This document shows positions 24,488 to 34,298 of a stretch of DNA of 64,000 nucleotides, in pieces. The notes below the pieces were generated by a model. It made no database searches. It had not been told where the DNA came from and saw only the letters and a list, made by a program, of their open reading frames with translations. A program made the translations under genes and the position numbers. The stretch is from positions 282,689 to 346,688 of the forward strand of contig DOGZ01000014.1 in NCBI GenBank assembly GCA_003528115.1, read 5' to 3'. Source of the stretch: Candidatus Omnitrophota bacterium (GTDB lineage: Bacteria; Omnitrophota; Gorgyraeia; Zapsychrales; Zapsychraceae). Within the stretch, counting starts at the first letter, position 1, and every line of letters begins with the position of its first letter.

Positions 24488-25152
24488 GATTGGTTTTATT
24501 AGGACCACCAGGAGCGGGAAAAGGAACGCTGGCCAATAATTTAAAAGACGCGCTCCGGATACTCCACATATCGACAGGAGATATTCTTCGTGAGGAAATG
24601 AAGAATAATACAAACCTTGGGAAAGAAGCAAAACAGTATTTGGATAAAGGCGAGTTGGTTCCTGATGAAGTTGTAACGAGATTGATTGAGAACAAATTAA
24701 GCAGAGATAGTATCATTGAAAAGGGCTTTATGTTGGATGGCTTCCCTAGGACGGAAACTCAGGCCAAGGATTTAGATAGGATTTTAAATAAATTTAAGAA
24801 GCCGTTGAATTATGTTCTTTATATGGAGTCGACGCTGCCTGTTATTATACAGCGTCTAACAGGACGGCGTGTATGTCGAAATTGTGGCGCTCTTTTTCAT
24901 ATAATCAATTTACCACCCAAAAAAGAAGGTGTTTGTGACGCGTGTTCAGGAGAATTATATCAACGAAGTGACGATAATGAACAAACGATCAAAACACGCA
25001 TGAAAGTATATTTGAAGAATACACGGCCTATTATTGAATACTATCAAAAGCAGGGTAAGCTTAAGAAACTGGATGCCGATAGAGATTCACAGGAAGTACA
25101 GTTAATATTGATGAAATTATTTAATGAAGATGAAAACTTCCATCAACATTAA
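24484..25152 (+). CDS. adk: Adenylate kinase with Zn-binding lid
   Basis: GPPGAGKGT, LDGFPRT, CRNC...CDAC lid. Confidence 0.97.
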   Translation: MRLVLLGPPGAGKGTLANNLKDALRILHISTGDILREEMKNNTNLGKEAKQYLDKGELVPDEVVTRLIENKLSRDSIIEKGFMLDGFPRTETQAKDLDRILNKFKKPLNYVLYMESTLPVIIQRLTGRRVCRNCGALFHIINLPPKKEGVCDACSGELYQRSDDNEQTIKTRMKVYLKNTRPIIEYYQKQGKLKKLDADRDSQEVQLILMKLFNEDENFHQH

Positions 25153-25882
25153 GTCTCAAGAAGAGCTGGCGATCCTTCGTGAAGCAGGTAAGATTTTATC
25201 AGTAATTGTTAATGAATTGAGAAGTTCTTTAAAGATCGGAATGACTACAAGGGCTGTTGATGAGCTAGCTGAAAAACTCATTGAAGGGCATCATGTCAAG
25301 CCGGCATTTAAGGGGTATCGTGGATTCCCAGGATGTGTTTGTATATCACTCAATCAAGAGGTGGTGCATGGGATTCCATCAGAGCGTTTTTTGAAAAAAG
25401 GTGATATTGTCAGTCTGGATGTCGGAATTATTCATAGAAATTTCTATGCGGATATGGCTATATCGGCGGGTATTGGGGAAATTAGCCAAGAAGCGCGCAG
25501 GTTGATAGAAATTACGCGCGAATCTTTGATGAAAGGCATTGAACAAGCGAGAGAGAATAATCGTCTGTCTGATATCTCTAACGCGATTCAGAAATTTGTT
25601 GAAACCAGTAATTTTTCCGTTGTTCGGGATTTCGTTGGGCATGGGATAGGGCGTATGTTACATGAAGAGCCTGAAATCCCGAATTTTGGTGATCCCCATC
25701 AGGGACCTATTTTGAAAGAAGGTATGGTGTTTGCCATTGAACCCATGGTGAACGCGGGAAGTTGGCAGATAAAGATATTAGAGGACGGCTGGACTGTTGT
25801 GACGCAAGATGGGAAACCATCAGCGCATTTTGAGCATACGATAGCAATAACCAAATATGGTCCAGAAATATTAACAAAATAA
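25124..25882 (+). CDS. map: Methionine aminopeptidase type I
   Basis: VVHGIP, GHGIG, HEEP, AIEPM, SAHFEHT (start 25124 or 25130). Confidence 0.97.
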   Translation: MKMKTSINIKSQEELAILREAGKILSVIVNELRSSLKIGMTTRAVDELAEKLIEGHHVKPAFKGYRGFPGCVCISLNQEVVHGIPSERFLKKGDIVSLDVGIIHRNFYADMAISAGIGEISQEARRLIEITRESLMKGIEQARENNRLSDISNAIQKFVETSNFSVVRDFVGHGIGRMLHEEPEIPNFGDPHQGPILKEGMVFAIEPMVNAGSWQIKILEDGWTVVTQDGKPSAHFEHTIAITKYGPEILTK

Positions 25883-25919
25883 ATTCTCTGATCATTGTTT
25901 AATTTTACAAATAGGAAAT

Positions 25920-26138
25920 ATGACCAAAGAAGATTTGATAGAAGTCGAAGGTGTTATTAAAGAAGCATTGCCAAATGCAAAGTTCCGCGTAGAATTGGAA
26001 AATGGTCATGTGGTTGAAGCCCATATATCTGGGAAAATTAGGATGAATTTTATCCGCATCCTTCCTGGGGATGTGGTGAAGGTGGAACTTTCACCTTATG
26101 ATTTATCGAGGGGAAGAATAACGTTTAGGTGTAAATAA
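25920..26138 (+). CDS. infA: Translation initiation factor IF-1
   Basis: [31 protein letters not shown]. Confidence 0.98.
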   Translation: MTKEDLIEVEGVIKEALPNAKFRVELENGHVVEAHISGKIRMNFIRILPGDVVKVELSPYDLSRGRITFRCK

Positions 26139-26218
26139 GGTTTTCGACGTGTCTTATTGACCTGCGCACAATGAATGGAATCTTAACCTCGTAAAAGAAG
26201 AGAGGAGACGTCGAAGTA

Positions 26219-26332
26219 ATGAAAGTTAAGTCGTCAGTTAAAAGAGTCTGTAGCAACTGCAAAGTTATTCGACGGAAGGGCGTCGTAAGAGTAATTTGTT
26301 CTAATCCAAAACATAAACAAAGGCAAGGGTAA
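26219..26332 (+). CDS. rpmJ: 50S ribosomal protein L36 (not in ORF track)
   Basis: Hand translation [37 protein letters not shown]; SD GAGGAG. Confidence 0.98.
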   Translation: MKVKSSVKRVCSNCKVIRRKGVVRVICSNPKHKQRQG

Positions 26333-26336
26333 AATT

Positions 26337-26711
26337 ATGCCAAGAATACTGGGTATTGACATCCCGAAAGAAAAAAGAATAGAAGCTGCGTTACCATATA
26401 TTTATGGAATAGGGCCGACTATAAGTCGTGAGATATTAAAGCAGGCGAATATCGATTGCAATCGGCGTGCTAAGGATCTTACCGAGGAGGAAATCGCTAG
26501 AATAACATCGATTGTTCAAACTAACTATGTGACGGAAGGCGATCTTCGAAGAGAGATCAGTCAAAACATTAAGAGGCTTATTGAAATTGGGAGTTATCGC
26601 GGATCACGTCATAGGAAGGGATTGCCGGTACGGGGACAGAGATCCCGAACAAATGCTCGGACGCGTAAGGGAAGAAAACCCGTTGTTGGTGCAAAAACAA
26701 AGAAGCCGTAA
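26337..26711 (+). CDS. rpsM: 30S ribosomal protein S13
   Basis: [24 protein letters not shown]. Confidence 0.98.
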   Translation: MPRILGIDIPKEKRIEAALPYIYGIGPTISREILKQANIDCNRRAKDLTEEEIARITSIVQTNYVTEGDLRREISQNIKRLIEIGSYRGSRHRKGLPVRGQRSRTNARTRKGRKPVVGAKTKKP

Positions 26712-26797
26712 TAATCAGATTTTCTTGAAGAAAGAAATCAAGAAGAGGGATTGACTGAATATATCAATTCTAAGGAAAATAAAAAAAGGCATGATTT

Positions 26798-27196
26798 ATG
26801 GAGAAAACAGTTAAGAAAAAAGACAAGTCTAAGAAGAAAAATCTTAGAGGAATCACCACAGGGGATGCGCATATTAAAGCTACTTTTAATAATACGATCG
26901 TTACGATTACTGATAAAAAGGGTAATGTTATCGTATGGTCAACGCCGGGCGTTGTCGGCTTTAGCGGATCCAAGAAATCGACACCGTTTGCGGCTCAAGT
27001 CGCTGCTTCTGATGCGGCTAGGAGAGCAAAGGATTTAGGGTTAAAAAGTGTTGATGTTTTTGTCAATGGGCCAGGCTCTGGCCGGGAATCGGCCATTAGA
27101 GCTTTGCAGGCTAATGGATTATTAGTAACTTCCATTAAAGATGTTACGCCATTGCCGCATAATGGTTGTCGGCCACGGAAGAAACGTCGAGTTTAA
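26798..27196 (+). CDS. rpsK: 30S ribosomal protein S11
   Basis: [29 protein letters not shown]. Confidence 0.98.
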   Translation: MEKTVKKKDKSKKKNLRGITTGDAHIKATFNNTIVTITDKKGNVIVWSTPGVVGFSGSKKSTPFAAQVAASDAARRAKDLGLKSVDVFVNGPGSGRESAIRALQANGLLVTSIKDVTPLPHNGCRPRKKRRV

Positions 27197-27209
27197 GGAG
27201 GAGCGGTTC

Positions 27210-27839
27210 ATGGGTAAATATGTTGGTTCAAGTTGTCGATTATGCAGAAGAGAGGGTGAAAAGCTCAATCTGAAGGGGACACGGTGCGGGACGCATAGAT
27301 GCGCTGTAGAGAGAAGAAGTTATGCTCCAGGACAGCATGGGAGCGGTAAACGTGTGAAGTTGTCCAACTATGGTATTCAATTAAGAGAGAAGCAAAAAGT
27401 TAAACGCATTTATGGTCTGGTTGAGAGACAATTTAAGAATTACTTTTTGATGGCAACTGAGAAAAAGGGTGTTACTGGTTCAATGTTGCTGCAATTTCTT
27501 GAGAGACGTCTGGATAACGTGATATATCAACTGGGTTTTTGTTCTTCTCGAAGACAGGCCAGGCAACTTGTTGGCCATGGATTTGTTTTTGTTAATGATC
27601 ATCGCGTGGATATTCCTTCATTCTTGGTTAAAACCAATGATGAAATTTTTATCAGATTTAAAAAGAAGGGTCAAAAGACTGTTCAAGATAATATTGAGGC
27701 CTGCAAAGAACGCAAAGTTCCTACATGGCTGGAAGTGGATCATAATCATTTTAAGGCTAACGTCAAAAGACTACCTGAACGGGAAGATATTGGTTATCCT
27801 GTAAACGAACAGCTCATTGTTGAGCTTTATTCAAGATAA
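27210..27839 (+). CDS. rpsD: 30S ribosomal protein S4 (Cys-containing form)
   Basis: [27 protein letters not shown]; ATG 27210 after SD AAGGAGG. Confidence 0.98.
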   Translation: MGKYVGSSCRLCRREGEKLNLKGTRCGTHRCAVERRSYAPGQHGSGKRVKLSNYGIQLREKQKVKRIYGLVERQFKNYFLMATEKKGVTGSMLLQFLERRLDNVIYQLGFCSSRRQARQLVGHGFVFVNDHRVDIPSFLVKTNDEIFIRFKKKGQKTVQDNIEACKERKVPTWLEVDHNHFKANVKRLPEREDIGYPVNEQLIVELYSR

Positions 27840-27904
27840 AATTTTTAAATCAAGCTCTCGGCCGCAAGCGGGGAGTATCGACGTTCACATTGAAGGAGGC
27901 AAAG

Positions 27905-28897
27905 ATGGGGGTTAAATGGCGTGATTTTCAAATGCCCAAAAGGCTAGATTGTGATGAGGCAAGTTATACAGACACCTATGGAAAGTTTATCGCCGAACCG
28001 TTTGAGCGTGGGTATGGTGTGACGTTAGGTAATTCCTTGCGACGTATTTTGTTGTCATCGATTGAAGGGAGCGCCGTGACATCCATTAAGATTGACGGCG
28101 TGGAACATGAATTCTCTACTTTACCCGGTGTTATGGAATCGGTGGCAGAGATTATTCTTAACATTAAACAATTGGTTCTCAGATCTCATTCGCGAATCCC
28201 AAAACCCATTTATGTTAAAGCTGAGAAAAAAGGGGAAATAAAGGGCGGGGATATTATTTGCGATGAGACGATTGAGGTATTGAATCCTGATCTCCATATA
28301 GCCACGCTTTCACGGGACACACACTTTCACTTAGAAATGGAGGTTTCCCGAGGCCGTGGGTATGTGCCTGCCGATATGAATAAAAAGGATACAAGTGGTA
28401 TCGGGACTATCGCGATAGATTCTATCTTTACCCCCATAACGAAAGTTAATTTTCATGTGGAAAATACGCGTGTCGGTCAGAGAACAGATTATGACTGTTT
28501 GATTTTTGAGATTTGGACGAACAGCAGCATTAACCCAAAAGAGGCCTTACTCTTTGGCGCTAATATTTTGCAGAGACATTTGGATGTGTTTGTGAGCTAT
28601 GGTCAGCTTCCTGAGGAAGAAGAGGAAGAAGAGGAAGTTTCCGCCGAAGAAGAGGCTCTTTATGCAAAGTTGCGTCTTCCTATTTCAGAATTGGAGTTGT
28701 CCGTAAGAAGTGCTAACTGTTTGAAAGATGCCAATATTAAAACCATTTCAGAATTGGTTCGAAAGACTGAATCAGAATTATTGACTTTCCGTAATTTCGG
28801 CAAAAAATCCTTAACTGAAATCAATGATCTTCTGAAGGTTATGGGGTTGAACTTGGGAATGAAGATAGACTTGAAAAAATTAAAGAAAAAGGAATAA
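27905..28897 (+). CDS. rpoA: RNA polymerase alpha subunit
   Basis: [33 protein letters not shown]; poly-Glu linker; ATG 27905 after AAGGAGG. Confidence 0.98.
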   Translation: MGVKWRDFQMPKRLDCDEASYTDTYGKFIAEPFERGYGVTLGNSLRRILLSSIEGSAVTSIKIDGVEHEFSTLPGVMESVAEIILNIKQLVLRSHSRIPKPIYVKAEKKGEIKGGDIICDETIEVLNPDLHIATLSRDTHFHLEMEVSRGRGYVPADMNKKDTSGIGTIAIDSIFTPITKVNFHVENTRVGQRTDYDCLIFEIWTNSSINPKEALLFGANILQRHLDVFVSYGQLPEEEEEEEEVSAEEEALYAKLRLPISELELSVRSANCLKDANIKTISELVRKTESELLTFRNFGKKSLTEINDLLKVMGLNLGMKIDLKKLKKKE

Positions 28898-28898
28898 T

Positions 28899-29510
28899 AT
28901 GCGACACGGAATTTCAGGAAATAGATTAGGCAGGAATTCAAGCCTGCGAAAGGCCACGATCAGAGACATAGCCAAGGCGACGCTCATACAACAGAGGATT
29001 TGTACGACTCAAGCGAAAGCTAAAGAGGCCAGAAAACTTGTTGAGAAGCTCATTACCTTAGGGAAAAAGGATACTTTGGCTAATAAGAGAAGAGCTTTTT
29101 CTATTTTGTGCAACCATAAATTGGTTAGCGATTTATTTTCAAAGACCGCCGTACGGTTTAAAAACCGTGTCGGCGGATATACGCGCATTATTCCTCTTGG
29201 AACCCGGAGAGGTGATAACGCTCAACTGGCTTTATTGGAGCTTACAGAGAAAGCAGAAATTATTGTCAGCAAGCCAAAATCAACAGCCGCAATTAAGACA
29301 GAGGAGTTAAAGTCTAAGTTTTCAAAAGCGGATGTGATTGAAGCACAGGCAACGGTAGAAAAACATGAAGAAGTTAAAGAGCACATATCGAAGAAAGATA
29401 CTCTGAAAGTGGAGCATCAAAAGGGGATTGTCAAACAAGATACTGAAAAGTCTGGGAAGAAATTTAGTGGCATCAAAAAGATATTTCATCGAAAGACAGC
29501 CGGACAATAA
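28899..29510 (+). CDS. rplQ: 50S ribosomal protein L17 with C-terminal extension
   Basis: MRH, GGYTRII, RRGDNA; about 85 extra charged residues. Confidence 0.96.
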   Translation: MRHGISGNRLGRNSSLRKATIRDIAKATLIQQRICTTQAKAKEARKLVEKLITLGKKDTLANKRRAFSILCNHKLVSDLFSKTAVRFKNRVGGYTRIIPLGTRRGDNAQLALLELTEKAEIIVSKPKSTAAIKTEELKSKFSKADVIEAQATVEKHEEVKEHISKKDTLKVEHQKGIVKQDTEKSGKKFSGIKKIFHRKTAGQ

Positions 29511-29520
29511 ATTGGGCACG

Positions 29521-30696
29521 TTGACTTTTAATATTAATAGTAGAGTAAAAAATATCGTTGGTTCATCAACACTGGCTATAACGGCCAAGGCTAAAACGCT
29601 TAAAGCCCAAGGATATGATGTTGTTAATTTTGCCGCCGGCGAACCGGATTTTGACACCCCTGATTCCATCAAGGCCGCCGCAATTAAGGCGATTGAGACC
29701 GGTTTTACAAAATATACCCCAACAATTGGAACCATTGAACTCAGAGAGGCCATCGCTAAAAAGTTTCAAAGGGATAATAACCTAAACTATAAAGCCTCTC
29801 AAATTATTGTTTCATGCGGGGCTAAACATTCTCTCTTTAATATTATCCAGGTTTTAGCAGATAGCGGAGAGGAAGTTCTTATCCCGTCTCCGTATTGGGT
29901 AAGTTACCCGGAAATGGTTAAATTAGCCGGAGCTACTGCCAAATTCCTCAAAACATCGGCCAAAACAAACTTCAAAATCACTCCCCAACAACTTTCAGAG
30001 AACATTACCCGTAGTACAAAATTGTTGATTCTTAATTCACCTTCTAATCCTACAGGAATGCTGTACTCCAAAAAGGAACTGGAGCAGATCGCTGAGATCT
30101 GCGTTAAGAATAATACATTTGTCATTAGTGATGAGATTTATGAAAAGCTCATTTATGATACCTCACCGTATACGTCTATCGGTTCTTTAAATAAAGATAT
30201 ATTTGATTTAACGATAACCGTCAATGGGGTATCGAAGGCTTATTCTATGACGGGCTGGCGAATTGGTTATTGTGCTGGTCGTCAAGATATTATGGAATAT
30301 ATCCAGAAACTTCAGGATCACTCCACTTCCAATCCTACCTCTATTAGTCAAGCGGCTGCTTTAGAGGCTCTACAGGCTTCCGAAGAAAATGTTCTTTCGA
30401 TGAGGAATGCATTTAAAAAACGTTGTGAGATAATGACCTCCGCCCTTGATAAAATTTCAGAAATTAGTTATATTAAGCCACAAGGCGCATTTTATGTTTT
30501 TTGTGATTTCTCGCGCCTGGGGGATTCGGAAACCACGGCCAAGCGTATCTTGGATGAAGTTAATGTCGCTGTTATTCCAGGAGACAGCTTTGGTGCGCCA
30601 GGTTTTCTACGGTTAAGTTTCGCGACCTCTGAAGAACGCATTCAAGAAGGCATTAAACGGATAGCTGAATGGATTAGGAAGCATCCTATTCGTTAA
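29521..30696 (+). CDS. aspC: PLP-dependent class I aminotransferase (aspartate aminotransferase-like)
   Basis: GEPDFDTP, NSPSNPTG, SDEIY, SKAYSMTGWRIGY; TTG start inferred. Confidence 0.9.
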   Translation: MTFNINSRVKNIVGSSTLAITAKAKTLKAQGYDVVNFAAGEPDFDTPDSIKAAAIKAIETGFTKYTPTIGTIELREAIAKKFQRDNNLNYKASQIIVSCGAKHSLFNIIQVLADSGEEVLIPSPYWVSYPEMVKLAGATAKFLKTSAKTNFKITPQQLSENITRSTKLLILNSPSNPTGMLYSKKELEQIAEICVKNNTFVISDEIYEKLIYDTSPYTSIGSLNKDIFDLTITVNGVSKAYSMTGWRIGYCAGRQDIMEYIQKLQDHSTSNPTSISQAAALEALQASEENVLSMRNAFKKRCEIMTSALDKISEISYIKPQGAFYVFCDFSRLGDSETTAKRILDEVNVAVIPGDSFGAPGFLRLSFATSEERIQEGIKRIAEWIRKHPIR

Positions 30697-30704
30697 TCGC
30701 TTCT

Positions 30705-30747
30705 GATTAAGCCTAACGCAGTATTACGTTCCTCATGAGGTTTAATC
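30705..30747 (+). terminator. Hairpin after aspC, possible end of the ribosomal supercluster transcript
   Basis: GATTAAGCCT pairs with AGGTTTAATC, inner AACG/CGTT; no clear U-tract. Confidence 0.3.
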
Positions 30748-30872
30748 CATGAAACTTCTCAAAGGATTTTTCTTACTCATTCCAAACATAGATTATTTCT
30801 CAGAGCTTTTCATCAAATCCGAATTCTTTTTACAATGGGGCTTTTGTGTGATCCCAATGGACAGGAGATGAG

Positions 30873-31937
30873 ATGGTAGATTTAAAAGAACTCCTCAAAC
30901 TTTCAATTCAGCGTAAAGCTTCGGATTTACATTTGACAGAAAACAGTCCGCCGGTCTTAAGGATAGATGGAAGATTAATGTCGACGGATTATGGACCATT
31001 AACGAAAGATGAACTGAAAAAAAGTATTTATGGAATCCTTTCAGATGTTCAGAAAGAAAAATTTGAAAACGAATGGGAACTCGATTTTTCTTTATCGTTA
31101 GAAGGGATAGACAGGTTTAGGGTGAATATTCATATTCAAAGAGGTTCCGTAGAGGCGGCTTTTCGGAGAATTCCTTTATATATACCCTCCCTAAATGAGT
31201 TGGGATTACCGGCCGCTATTAGTGAATTTGCTCGTAAACCAAGTGGGCTTGTTTTGATAACGGGTCCCACTGGTTCTGGAAAAACAACGACGCTCGCTTC
31301 GATGATTAATTTGATTAATGAAGAGCGTGCCTGCATGATCACGTGTATTGAAGATCCGATTGAATATGTGCATAGAAATAAGAAAGCGGTTATTAAGCAG
31401 CGGGAAGTTTATAGCGATACGCATTCGTTTGCTGAAGCCTTGAAGAGATGTCTGCGTCAGGATCCGGATGTTATTGTGGTCGGTGAGATGCGGGATTTAG
31501 AAACCATCTCGACTGCCTTAACAGCCGCTGAGACAGGTCATTTAGTTTTAGCGACATTGCATACACCGGACGCGGCCCAAACCATTGAGCGTATTATTGA
31601 TGTCTTTCCAGCCCATCAACAGCAGCAGGTCCGTTTACAGTTGTCCGCTTGTATTCAAGGGGTTGTCTCGCAGATATTAATTCCCCGTGCGGGAGGCGAA
31701 GGTTTAGTTCTAGCCTCAGAGGTATTAGTGGCCACGCCGGCTGTCAGGAATTTGATCCGTGAGCAAGCTGTCGAGCAAATCCCAACCTCTATCCAGACGG
31801 GTCTGCAGTATGGTATGCATACGATGGATATGTCTTTGAAAATCTTGTATCAAGAAGGACTTATTACGTATGAGGAGGCGTTTGCGCAGGTAAGGAATGT
31901 CGAGGAGTTCCAGCAGTTATTGGGGGATTTTGAATAA
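30873..31937 (+). CDS. pilT: Type IV pilus retraction ATPase PilT family
   Basis: ASDLHL, GPTGSGKTTT, EDPIE, DPDVIVVGEMRD, AETGHLV..TLH, AVRNLIRE. Confidence 0.93.
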   Translation: MVDLKELLKLSIQRKASDLHLTENSPPVLRIDGRLMSTDYGPLTKDELKKSIYGILSDVQKEKFENEWELDFSLSLEGIDRFRVNIHIQRGSVEAAFRRIPLYIPSLNELGLPAAISEFARKPSGLVLITGPTGSGKTTTLASMINLINEERACMITCIEDPIEYVHRNKKAVIKQREVYSDTHSFAEALKRCLRQDPDVIVVGEMRDLETISTALTAAETGHLVLATLHTPDAAQTIERIIDVFPAHQQQQVRLQLSACIQGVVSQILIPRAGGEGLVLASEVLVATPAVRNLIREQAVEQIPTSIQTGLQYGMHTMDMSLKILYQEGLITYEEAFAQVRNVEEFQQLLGDFE

Positions 31938-32016
31938 CTTCCTTTTCGGCTATGGCAACGCGGTTCTGTTTATCAGCGATAAGGGCAATTGTAACGTTTG
32001 AAGAATTAACTTTCCG

Positions 32017-32061
32017 TAACCCTGCTCCATAATTTATTTATGGGACGGGGTTAATTCTTTT
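32017..32061 (+). terminator. Strong palindrome, probable terminator after pilT
   Basis: TAACCCTGCTCCATAA pairs imperfectly with TTATGGGACGGGGTTA, followed by ATTCTTTT. Confidence 0.5.
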
Positions 32062-32103
32062 AGGTGGCAAATAGTATTTTCATTTATCTGGAAGGATAGG
32101 GTA

Positions 32104-32865
32104 TTGTTGCAGACGCAGAAGGACATATTGTGTGAGATCAAAGATGACGGGCTTATCGACTACAAGAAGGCGTATGAGATACAAAAACGATATGTCCAGA
32201 AAGTACAGCAAGGGCATCCTTCCATTATTTATGTATGTGAACATCCGTCGGTTCTGACATTGGGGCGGTCAGCAATGGCCGAACACATATTGATCTCTCC
32301 GGAAGAATTGAATGAAAGAGGTATTGAAGTCTTGCCGATTGATCGAGGGGGAGATATTACACTGCATGCCCCGGGTCAATTGGTCATTTATCCGATATTG
32401 GATTTGCAGGTGTTTGGGAAAGATCTGAGGGCGTATTTGTGCAAATTAGAACAAGTTGCCATTGATTTATTAAATTGTTTTGGTATAGTGGCACATAGAT
32501 TTGATGGAAAAACCGGCGTCTGGATCGGAAGAAAGAAAATTGTTTCTATTGGTATTGGTGTGCGTCGATGGATTTCTTATCATGGTCTGGCGATAAATGT
32601 GAATACGGATTTAGCCTTATTTTCGATGATTAAGCCGTGCGGGATGGATGTAAAGATGACATCTATGGCTCAGATTAAGCGGGGTATCATTGACATGAAT
32701 GAAGTCAAAAAAAGAGTGATATCAAATTTTTGTCAAGCGTTTGGGTTAACTCTGAAGGAAAGTGGAGATGACCAGGGAAAATTTGCGGTTATTGAGAGTA
32801 GGTTAAGTGAAAGAGGGTTATGTCTTAGAGAAGGAGCGAGGCATGCGAAGGGTTGTTCTCCCTGA
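32104..32865 (+). CDS. lipB: Lipoyl(octanoyl) transferase
   Basis: EHPSVLTLG, DRGGDITLHAPGQLVIYP, KIVSIG, SYHGLAIN, PCG; start uncertain. Confidence 0.93.
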   Translation: MLQTQKDILCEIKDDGLIDYKKAYEIQKRYVQKVQQGHPSIIYVCEHPSVLTLGRSAMAEHILISPEELNERGIEVLPIDRGGDITLHAPGQLVIYPILDLQVFGKDLRAYLCKLEQVAIDLLNCFGIVAHRFDGKTGVWIGRKKIVSIGIGVRRWISYHGLAINVNTDLALFSMIKPCGMDVKMTSMAQIKRGIIDMNEVKKRVISNFCQAFGLTLKESGDDQGKFAVIESRLSERGLCLREGARHAKGCSP

Positions 32866-33088
32866 GTTGGGTGAGGGGATTGATAAAGCCACGGTGGCCT
32901 GTTGGCATTGCAACATCGGGGATTACGTTAGAAAAGACGATGATCTGCTGGAGGTTGTTACGGATAAAGCTACTTTTAATGTGGCGGCTCCCTCTGAGGG
33001 TATCGTAAAGGAGATATTAGTTCCCGAAGGTCAAGAAGTAAAAGTTGGGGAGGTCTTAGCTGTCCTTGGGACATTGGATGTTCAATGA
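32843..33088 (+). CDS. Stand-alone lipoyl/biotinyl carrier domain protein
   Basis: LPELGEG...W...GD...EVVTDKAT...APSEG E2-type lipoyl domain; ATG after AAGGAG. Confidence 0.9.
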   Translation: MRRVVLPELGEGIDKATVACWHCNIGDYVRKDDDLLEVVTDKATFNVAAPSEGIVKEILVPEGQEVKVGEVLAVLGTLDVQ

Positions 33089-33110
33089 ATCAAATTTTAT
33101 TTAAGCGAAA

Positions 33111-34298
33111 ATGATCCAGTCAAAAAAAGATAAAAAAAGACGCATTTTATTGATGTATATAACGAAAGTCTCGGGCCATCGACAAGCTACTTTGGCTATC
33201 CAGCAGACATTGCGGATGATGGACCCGACGATTGAAGCCCCGGCTATTAACGGATTTGGGTATACCTATCCTCTTCTGGAAAAAGTCGTTAATAGGGCTT
33301 ATTTGAGTGTCATTAAAAGGACACCCAAAGTTTGGGATTATCTGTATGACAATCCTAAAATAGTCAAAAAATCCCAGTCCATTAAGAATTTTCTTCATAA
33401 AACAAGCCACGCGAAAATTGCTAAATTGTTTGAGATGTATAACCCGGATACGGTTGTCTGCACCCAGGCGTTTCCTTGCGGGATGGTGGCGGATTATAAA
33501 AAGGCGCATAATCTTAATGTTACTTTGATCGGAGTCCTGACGGATTTTTCTCCGCACTCTTACTGGCTGAATGAGGGGGTGGATTATTATGTTGTGCCTT
33601 CCGTTGAAGTCAAAGAACGTTTTGTCAGAAAAGGCGTCAACCCGGATGCCATCAAAGTTTATGGGATTCCGATGCGTTTAAAATTTGCCGCTCAATTGGA
33701 TAGAGGGCCCATTGCCCAGAAACTTGGTTTGGATCCAGATGTCCCTACGATTCTGGTTATGGGGGGAGGGCAGGGATTAGGTCCGATCAAATCTATTGTC
33801 AAGTCTCTGTTGAAAGTAAGAATGAATTTTCAGATCATCGTCCTGGCAGGAGTTAATAAGAAAATTTTAAACACGTTAAAGAAGTATTCGAGAAAGACAG
33901 AAAAGAAATTATTGACGTTTGAGTTCGCGACGAATGTGGACGAACTTATGGAATTGGCCAGCTTAATCATCACTAAGCCCGGAGGAATGACCACGTCTGA
34001 GTGTTTGGCCAAAGGTTTGCCAATGGTCATTGTCAACCCGATTCCCGGTCAAGAGATGCGTAATACGGATTTTCTTATCAATAAAGGGATAGGAATGCGT
34101 ATTGATGATACGAATGATATCGGCGAAGAAATTGAACTCCTTTTGAAGTCTCCAGAGCGTTTAGCCGCTATGAGCAAAGCGGCCTATGAGAATGCCAAAC
34201 CTTATGCCGCCTTGAATGTTACAAGATTGATTTTAGGGCAAAGCGATAGCCAGCCGGGCGATCTCCCCAAGAACGCTATTACAGAAGATTATGTTTAA
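33111..34298 (+). CDS. MGDG synthase/UgtP-like diacylglycerol glycosyltransferase (GT28)
   Basis: SGH, VLTDF..H..W, MGGGQGLG, TKPGGMTTSE, PIPGQE. Confidence 0.85.
   Translation: MIQSKKDKKRRILLMYITKVSGHRQATLAIQQTLRMMDPTIEAPAINGFGYTYPLLEKVVNRAYLSVIKRTPKVWDYLYDNPKIVKKSQSIKNFLHKTSHAKIAKLFEMYNPDTVVCTQAFPCGMVADYKKAHNLNVTLIGVLTDFSPHSYWLNEGVDYYVVPSVEVKERFVRKGVNPDAIKVYGIPMRLKFAAQLDRGPIAQKLGLDPDVPTILVMGGGQGLGPIKSIVKSLLKVRMNFQIIVLAGVNKKILNTLKKYSRKTEKKLLTFEFATNVDELMELASLIITKPGGMTTSECLAKGLPMVIVNPIPGQEMRNTDFLINKGIGMRIDDTNDIGEEIELLLKSPERLAAMSKAAYENAKPYAALNVTRLILGQSDSQPGDLPKNAITEDYV

Noticed and set aside
27854-27876. Small hairpin between rpsD and rpoA (also TTCTTGA/TCAAGAA between rpsM and rpsK)
   Set aside because: Short stems with no further support; cannot be told from chance or generic mRNA stabilisers.
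28612-28635. GAGGAAGAA repeat in rpoA
   Set aside because: It encodes an acidic linker between the alpha NTD and CTD; ordinary low complexity.
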